52,870 nucleotides of DNA from a virus (taxonomy: Duplodnaviria > Caudoviricetes): the IMG/VR virus record IMGVR_UViG_3300044941_000088, positions 1-52,870 of that record; one strand, written 5' to 3'. A program made the position numbers and the translations under genes. Shown here piece after piece: positions 17,476 through 26,400 of the stretch. Numbering within the stretch: position 1 is the first letter of the stretch; the number at the start of each line of letters is the position of its first letter. The notes beneath the pieces are model-generated. The model did no database searches, was not told the origin of the DNA, and saw nothing but the letters and a program-made list of their open reading frames with translations.

Positions 17476-20400
17476 ATGCTCGGACTGCCGAACCCCGACG
17501 ATGTGATCGCCAAGTATGTCGATGCGGACGCGCTTGAGGCACTCAGGGCACGCGCTGAAACATCGGCTACGAATCAGGGGCTTGGCGTCGGGCGTTACGG
17601 CCCCGGCACGGCTCCCGACATCGGGCAACCGTCTGCGCTGTTCCGGCAAGATCGCGACCTCGCGACTGGCGTTCCGATCCCGCAAGACAAGCCTTACAAA
17701 AGCGGGCTTGGGCAGTTTGGCAGCGCACTTTGGGGGTCCGTGAAAAGCCTTGGCGCATCTGCCGCGCGTCTTGGTAAATGGGCAACCGAAGGCAACCCTT
17801 ATAACGGCGACGAAGGCGAGCCAGGCACCGCCATAAGCCGCCTGTTTGGCGCCATTGCTGATGGGCTTGAAGCCAGTGCGCTGGATAGTATGCTCGAAGT
17901 GGACCCGCGCCGTCGCGCGGCCATGGATGCGATCAGCAATATCGACTCCATTGACGACCTCAAAAACTTCACTCTTGAAGGCGCTCTGTTCACGGTAGCA
18001 ACCGGACTTGGCTCTATGGCTCCGGTCGTTATCCCCGCCCTGCTCAAACTTCCGTTGTTAGCGATCGGGGGCGCCGTTATCACCGGCGCCGCACAGCTTC
18101 TTGATAACGCCCAGCAGACCGCAGACGAGCTACGCGAAACTGGCGAGATCGAGCGGTTGCCTATCTATCAGGAGGCACTGGCGCGGACCGGCTCGCCGGA
18201 GCAGGCGTTCTACGAGACCAAGACTAACCTTGAGCGCATAAGCCTGCTTGTAGGCGTTCCGCTTTCAGCGTTTACGGGCGGCCTTACAGCAAAAATCGCG
18301 TCTGGCGAGCTGCTTCAAGGAATCAAAAACTTCGCTGAAAAGCGTCTGGCGACGAGGCTGGCTGCGGGTATTGCAGCGGGCGGCGCGGTAGAGGGCCTTG
18401 ACGAGGCGATGCAGACCTTTGTGCCTCGGGCGGTGGCCAATTTCGGCATGGGCGCCGAAGGTATCGACCCCACAAAAACGCTTCTCGGGTCTTTCATCGT
18501 CGGCGCCTTGCCCGGCGGTGTTGTTGGCGCCCTTGGCTCGATCAGGCCGAAAAAGCAGCCCGAAGAGCAGGCAGAGAGGGGTAGCCCTCCATCTTCGAGT
18601 GATCCAGCGCTTGACTCTTTGTCTGGTGCACCACCCGCTGCGGCGGCCACGGGCCTGCCGTCGCCAACGCAAGCGCCGCAGGCTGACGCCACGCAACCGG
18701 AAGCGCAGCAATCCGCTGCGCCGCAGGGGCCGTCCGAGACGCCGCCAGCCGGTGTGTATCCGGTCGGGATGAAGATCACGCTTGGGAAAAACGTTTGGAC
18801 GTTTGACGGCGCCAAGTTTGAAGTTCAAGAAGCTGGTAGCGATCAAAAAGCGCTTAACTACGACGCAATTGTATTTGCAAAGCCCGACGCGCTCAATACG
18901 ACTCGAATTGCAAACAGACAAATTGGCAGCGACCTGAAAAATCTTTCGGCAGTCAAGTTCGGGTCTGACCGCCTGTATCTTTACCCGCTTGGTAGCGGGT
19001 CGGAACCAATTGAGATGCCGGTCGCGTATTCTGCCGCGCCGGGTCATGTGCTGCTCGGGGTTCTCGCCAAGCAAAGAGATCGCGTCAACGCGCGGGTCGT
19101 GCAGTTGCACGGCACTATCAAAGCAGACGAGCTATCTAAGTTTGTAACGCTGCCAGAAGCTCAGCCCGCTCAGCCCGCTCAGCCCGCTCAGCCCGCTCAG
19201 CCCGCTCAGCCCGCTCAGCCCGCTCAGCCCGTGCAAGCTGCGGGCGTGCCGACGCCGCCGTCTGTAAGCGCACCTGTTGAGGCGCAGCAGCAACAGCAGC
19301 AGCAGCAAACTTCTGGCCCGTTTGGGGCGGTGGAACAGAACGTTGCGCAGCCCGCTCAATCCACGGGCGTGCCGACTGCTGAAGTGGCTGCGCCTGTTCC
19401 AGCCGCCGAAGACCAGAAACCCCCGGTCGCGCCCCGCGCACGCAAATCGACGGCTATCACAGTCGAAACCGCACGCGGTGTGCCGACGCCTGAGGTGGCA
19501 GATACTGAAGCGGCGGGCGAGTCTGAACCAGAACAGGGTATTCCGTCGCCCGAGGACGCTCCGATGCGTTCGCCGGAGGGGATCGCCGCGCTACAGCAAA
19601 ACATTCCTGTAGGCCGGAAAACGCTTGAGTCTAAACCGTCTGCGGTCGGAGAGTCGCGCTCGAAAAAAGAACAATACGAGGACGAAAACGCAAGCAAAGT
19701 CAAAGCCAGTGAAGGCGTGTCGCTGAGCGCCTTGACAAACCCGGAGGACAGGAAAGCGTTCCTTGAGCGCGTAGGCCCGCTAGAAGAAATCCTCGCCGGA
19801 CGGCCTCGTCGGATGAACCGGATGTCGCCGAGCGAAGGCATCCCGCCTGAGAAAGTGGCGATGCCAAAAAATATTGGCAAACCAACGGAGCATAAGTTGT
19901 CGCCAGCAGCGCGCGAAGAGGCGGCAAAACGGTGGAGTCAAGTTTCATCGGCTAAAAGTATGGAGGAAGCGCGCAAGCGGGAGGAACAAAGACAAGCGCA
20001 AGAAAAAGAAAAAGAAGCAGCTCGCAAAGAGGAAGAAAAACGCAAACAGAAGTTCAAGGCCGCTGCGCTTGAGCTTCGAGACAAGCTCGGGATTACACAG
20101 AGTGACCTGCTTGGCGATCTGACCGACTCCGAACAAGCCGCCTTGCGCGGTATCGCGAACCGCCAAGGTGTGTCTCTGGACGCGCTGGCCGAAGAGCTGT
20201 TTGTCTCGTCCGTGCGACCGGGCGAGCCCAGTGCGACGTTGGTGCGTCCTGGCAAACCCGCCCGCACGCTTGAGCTTCAGTTCGAGTCCATCGCCAAAGC
20301 TCGTAAAAAAGCGCGTAAGGTCGTCGAGAGCTACGTCAATGCAGCCAAACAGGTCGTAACTGATTTCTTCACGTTGCGTGCTATTGACGCAAGCGAAAAA

Positions 20401-23400
20401 ACTCTACGCGATATTGCAAATACCGGCGTCATTGAAGCGATAAACGCTGCAACCGCTGACTACGATGTGCGGATCAAGGGGTTGAACAAAAAGAACAGGG
20501 TTCTGGTCAAAAGGGCCAGTTTGGCACGCTTGGGCACGCTCAAGACGCATCCCCGTAACACGCTTGCATACGAGCAAACGTGGGAATTGGTGCAAAGCAA
20601 GCTGGACGCGGCTATGCGCGCGCTCGAGCGCTATGCCATTGCTACGGCGGAAGACGAATCAGTTGTCGAGATCGACCGTGCGAATGTGGCTTTGAGCGAA
20701 GCCGTCGCAACCGCGCAAAAAACTATCGACGACATCATGAAACTTCAGGAGTCTAATATTCCTGGGTTTCGCAGCGCGCAAATTATAGCTGTCCGCGACG
20801 CGGTGCTGAACTTCACGACGCAGCCCCTGATGCTAGCGGCCACTACAACAATCGACGTTCCGGCGGTCAAGGAAATCGACAACCGCGCGGCGATCAAAGA
20901 GCTACTTCGCCGCAGGTTTGCCGACGCTGCAAAAAACCTCATCAAGGAACAAGAGCGCGCAGAGCGTCAGCGTGAGATCGACGCTAAAATCAACGCTGCG
21001 GCGGCGGAAAATTATGCGAAATCCAGCCTTGAAGGCATCTTGGCAAGAGCTGAGAGGCTGCGGGAATTGCAGCGAAAGTGGCGGGAAGCCTTTGAGCGGC
21101 AAGCCTTTGAGCGGGGAGACGTTGAACAGGAAAACGTGGAGCGGGAAGATTTCAATGAGCTCCAAGAAGAAGCGGACAGAAGAACAGAAGAAGACGCCGC
21201 GTCTGAGCAGGACGACGATGATGGCTGGACAAACGAACGAACGCGGAAGAAGCCGTTCAATACAACCAGAGCGTATCGAATCTACAAAACACTAAACGCC
21301 AAGGCGCCTGAAAAAGTAGCCAAGATCAGAGACACGCTTGTTTTTTCAAAGGTCGATGAGCCCGGCGCGACCCCGACGCTTACTGGGGTGTTTGTTGCGC
21401 TTCCAGACGACCAGAGAGTTTATGCATTGACACTCAACGGCGAAAACTATCGACCGGCAGAGCGGCGCGTTCTTAGAATGTCTCCGCCGACTGAGGTTGG
21501 AATATATCCGCTGACTGAGGGCGGTGCGCCTTACAAGCCAATTCGTAGAGAACGCGACGGCGCGCTGGTGCCTGATAACGCGGTGGCTTGGGTTTTCGCC
21601 CGCAGCATCGAAGAAGCGAAGATTGAGGCCAGCAAACGCAGCGACAACGCCCGAGTGCCTGATAAGCTGCCTTCGCAAGACAAACTGTTTGAATCCGCCA
21701 GAGAAAGCCTCAAAAAAATCAAGCCAGAACCGCTTTACAAGCCAGAACCGCTTTACACGTTGGACACGGGCTTGCAGAGCGACAACGCCGTTATGTGGAT
21801 TACCGCCAGCAGCCGTCACGAGGCCGCCGCTAAGGCTGCGGCTATCCGCGAGGAAGCGAAAGCAAAACTACAGGAAGCTGGTATCGACGACCTCGACGTG
21901 ATCCGCGCGCGTCGCGAGCAGTTTGAATTGCTTGAGCGGTCCCTGAAAGCGCGGCTGGAACAATTCTCCGAAAAAGAACGCAAGCGGCTGGAACAAGTCT
22001 CCGAAAAAGCACGCGAGCGGTTTGCGCAACTCGAACGAACGTGGCGCACGGCCAAAGAAAAACGCGCGCAGTTTGAAGAGCTTGAACAGCTGGCTCAGAT
22101 TGTCAACGTCGAAGTCCCAAAGGGCGCGAGGGGGCAAAACCTTGCGAAGTATTATTTCAAAGGGCTCAAGGGTATACGCCGTGCTACGAAACTTGGCGAG
22201 AAGGCTGGTCAGGGCATAGCCTACAAGCGCCTTGTGTTCGTGCCCGGCGTTGCGCCGACACTAGACAACAAAACGCTCGACGAGGTTACACCGAGTTACT
22301 ACGAAGCCGTCAAACGTCGGGGCGATGGCACCGTTGTTGTGCCTGCATACGACCTGGCCAAAGGCGACGTAACGTCGATCCCGACCGCGCGCGAAACCTC
22401 GGTCGTGTATCGTAACATGGCGGACAACCAGATTTTGTCCATGCCAGTCTATACTCGGCAAATGCCTAAACGCCTGCCGTTCGATGTGGTGCGTGAAGCC
22501 GAGCTTCAAATTGCCGACCTTGCTAAAGAGGTGGGTATGCAGCCCGGCGAAGACATCACTGTCGCAGAACTGCAACAAATAGTGATGTGGCTGGCGGATC
22601 AGGCGCCGACGCCTGACAGCAAGGCCGGAAAAATCGCGCCCCGGACGGCGAAGCAGGCCCAACGGGCGCTCAAAAAACGCAGAGAACGCAGCGCGCCTGA
22701 AGGCGTTCAAATGTTCGACATGGACACGGACGCGGATGATCTGTTCGGAGATGTAAGCACGGACAATGAAATCCCCGAAGAGGTTTTGAACTCCGCGAAA
22801 AGCATTCTGGACAACCTCGCTCTAGCGGCGACCAGCGGGCCTGGCGGGAGCAAGTTCAACACAGCCAAAGCGCAAGCGACGGCTATTCTGTTGGAAACGA
22901 TCGGGTCGTTCTCCGTCCTGCAAGACCCGGATTACCAGCGGGATCAGGAAGACGCGGCTGAAAGTTACGATGAACTCGCTCGTCAGGCGGAAAGCGCGTC
23001 GAGCCTGGTAGGGCAATACCGACCCGTGAAGTTGCTGGATTTGATCAAAGCGGCTGAGCCGGACATTTTGGAGAAGGCAGACGATACGGCGCAAGCGCTT
23101 GGACGAGTCCCCGTCTCGGTCGCTCTGGCCGACCAAAAGGTGTCGTTCTACAAAGACGCAGATGAAAAAGACCAAGCCGTTTACAGGGCGTCTCTTGGCT
23201 CCTACGAGCTTTCTATAAGTAAGGCGCAAAAGGCCGCCAGCCCGTCGTTCGATATTTCGCGTGCGGTCGTAGTCTCCGGGCCAGATGCCAGCCTGCGTAA
23301 GCTGGTGCAGGAAACGGCTGAACAGCTTGTGAAGCCAGATGGTCCGCTTGCGCATCTTTGGAGTGTCTTTGCAAAGCAGGTCAGAAAAGAAAGCAACGTA

Positions 23401-26400
23401 AACGTTTCTCGGAAGCCGAAAGGCTACCCTGGTCAAACGGTTTCGGACTATGCGTCCAACCCGCGCGGCGGGTTTGGCAGCGGAGCGCGCACTGCCGAGC
23501 TCTATAACGGTCGCGCAGAAATGCAGGCGCCCCTCGTGCGAAAAGCGCGCGACTATCTCAAAAACGCCACCAACGACATCGTAATCAACGAAGACGGCAC
23601 AACGCTTGGCGAAGCGATCCTGAACTCCGATCTTAGCGATGAGCAGAAAGACGCGGTGGCAATCTTCGCGCTGATGTATGACACCCGGCAAAAGATCAAG
23701 GAGCGGACGCCAGACTCTTACGCGCTGCCGGGAATGTTGCTTGCTGACGGAACCGGCGTGGGCAAGACCGCGCAGATTGGCGCGATGGCCTACTACGTCC
23801 TGAGAAAATACCCGAAAGCCAAGGTGTTTGTGGCAGTCCCGCCTGCAAACGCCAATCAAAACATCAACAACTTTACCAACAAAGCCGTTCCAAACACAAA
23901 AACACAGGCGCATGGCCGTTACCGCACGGATGCGGTAAACACGCTGAACAACGCCGTAAAAGAAGGGCGCTTGGGGATTGGCGTTGCCCAAACCGCCGAC
24001 GACGCCCGCGCTATCAAACTCGAAGATAAAGACCTGATCTTTGCCGACGAAGTTCATAAATACGGCAAAGGATCGACAAAAAGCGACGAGTCGCTTAACG
24101 CCGAGCTGGCAAAAATCAATGCATTTACAGTCTTTGTGACTGCGACTCCGGTAGACAGCTCTGGAAACGTTGAATACCTCAAGAACATCGTGCTTCCGAA
24201 AGGCGCGATCGACGACGCTTCTAAAGGCACCCTCGCGGAAGTCTACGGGCCGCAAGACGCCATCGCATACACAAACAGGGCCGCTCTAAATATCAATGCA
24301 ACCCCTGAAGGACTGCGTGCCGCTTTTGACGACTTTGCTAAACTCGGAGTAGTTATCGCGCGCGACATCAAGACTAACTACCAAGTAGAGGCTTCGGGCG
24401 TGTTCAAGGTCTTTGAAGACGACGCGCGCCGCCTTGGGCTTTTGAACGAAAACAATCCGCTGGCGCAGCAGATCAAACGCAGAACCGCCGAAACGCGGTT
24501 CGGCACTGCCACGCTCGCGGTGTTGCGAGCGTTGAAACTGGCCCAAAGCGGAGAACTGCAAAAAATACTGGCGGAAAGCAAGCAAGCGCTGTTTTTTGTC
24601 GATAACAGCCTGGACGCGCTGAAAAAGGCTAAGCTAGATGTCACCGGCGCGTGGAAAGCGTTCGCGCTCGAAGTGCTAAAAATGGCGGACGTAAAGACAC
24701 AGAATCTCACCAACGATGAACTCATTATTCCGCACAAGGTGATCGAAAAAATCCTTTCGGCGCGCGCTCCGGCGGGTAAAGTGATCAAAATCTATCCGTC
24801 TGACACGCTGAACGATCCGAACCAAAGCGACAGGGCTAAGCAACTGCATAAAGACTTTCAAGAAGGTAAAATCCACGCGCTGATCGGCTCTTACGACATG
24901 ATGGGGACTGGCTACGACTTCGACGACCAGTCGGAGGGCGGTGTAAGACCGCGCACAGTCGTGCCGCTGAACCTTCCTTTCGTCGGGGTCAACATGTGGC
25001 AAGCGCTTGGCCGTATCGAGCGCAGCACGACAACCAGCCAACCGAACCTGTTCTGGCGCGACCTCGCCCTGCCAGAAAGGCTTGGAAAAGTCATTCCAGG
25101 TAAGCAGCACAACTATCCAGCGTTGGAACTCGACGCCGCGCAAAGAATGCAAGAAGTGCGCGCCATGACTTACGCGGTCAAGGGTCAAGACCCAAGCGCG
25201 CTGATGGAGAGCGCGAAGTCAATTGAAGACTTGCCGCTCGGAAAGATCATGCCGAGGCTGCAACAGGAGATCGACGAAGCCATCGCAGAAAGCAACGCCA
25301 GCGCCAAACCGTCTGCCACCGATGAGCGCGTAATGGACGCCGCCCGCAGCACGGGCTCTCTAAGCGACGCGCTGAAAGCCGTGGTTGAAACGGGTGAGCG
25401 CAGAGACGCCGCTGCGGCCAAGCGGCTGCTCGCGCTTCTGCGCGACACGCCCATCCAGCTCGATGTCGTTGACGGCTCGGACGAAGGCGCACAAGCAATC
25501 TTCGAGCGGAGCGGGCGCGCGCCGTCTGCCTACTATGACCCCGGCGCCGGTCGGATCGCCATGCTCGACACGCCAGCCGAGGCGACGACCCGTCTTCTGC
25601 ACGAGGCAGCACACGTCGCCATGCACAACGCTGTAGGCGCGTCAGAAGAGGCGCGCGCTACGATACACGGTGTAATCCTTGCGGCCAGCCAAGAAATCCG
25701 TGAGCGGTTCTCAGCCGCGTTCGAGGGACAGGCCGGAAGCGTCGAGCAGGCGCAGGAGTTCATCGCAGAAGCGATGGCAAACCCAGAGTTTCAGGACGCG
25801 ATGCAGCGCGACATCGACGCCGTGAAAGGCGTCTCGCTGTGGACGCGGTTCCTGCGGACAGTCGGTAGGTTGCTCGGCATCGAAGCCTTGGCTGCGCCGT
25901 GGCTCAATGACATTCTCCGCTCGCGCCAACTGGCATACTCTGGACCGCCGATCAGCCGCGACGCCGCAGACTATCTGCCAAGGATGCTGGCAGCAGGGCG
26001 CCATCGCGCAGATGGGCAGGCGGAGAAACTGCTGCAACAGGCATGGAATGCAGTCGGCCAAGCGGCCCAAAGCAGGACGGTGCTTCGCGCCGCGCTGAAG
26101 GTTCAGACAGTCCTGCAAATCCAGGAAATCTCGCAGCCGCTTTTCAGACGGTATGGTGCGGCTGACGCAGTAGATGGCGTCGTCGAGGCGCTCAAGAGGC
26201 GCCACGCGGAACAGACCAACCAGATCAACAAGATGTCGCGGGAAGTGCTTCGCCCGCTCACGCAGTATGTGCGGGAGCAGGGCGCCCGGCGCATCAGAGC
26301 GCCGCTCGGATTTGGCAATGAGACCGTCGAGACGACCGAGTGGCAGGCGCTGTCGGAGATCATCAACGCTTCTGGCTACGCTGCGCTGGACTTCTCCAAA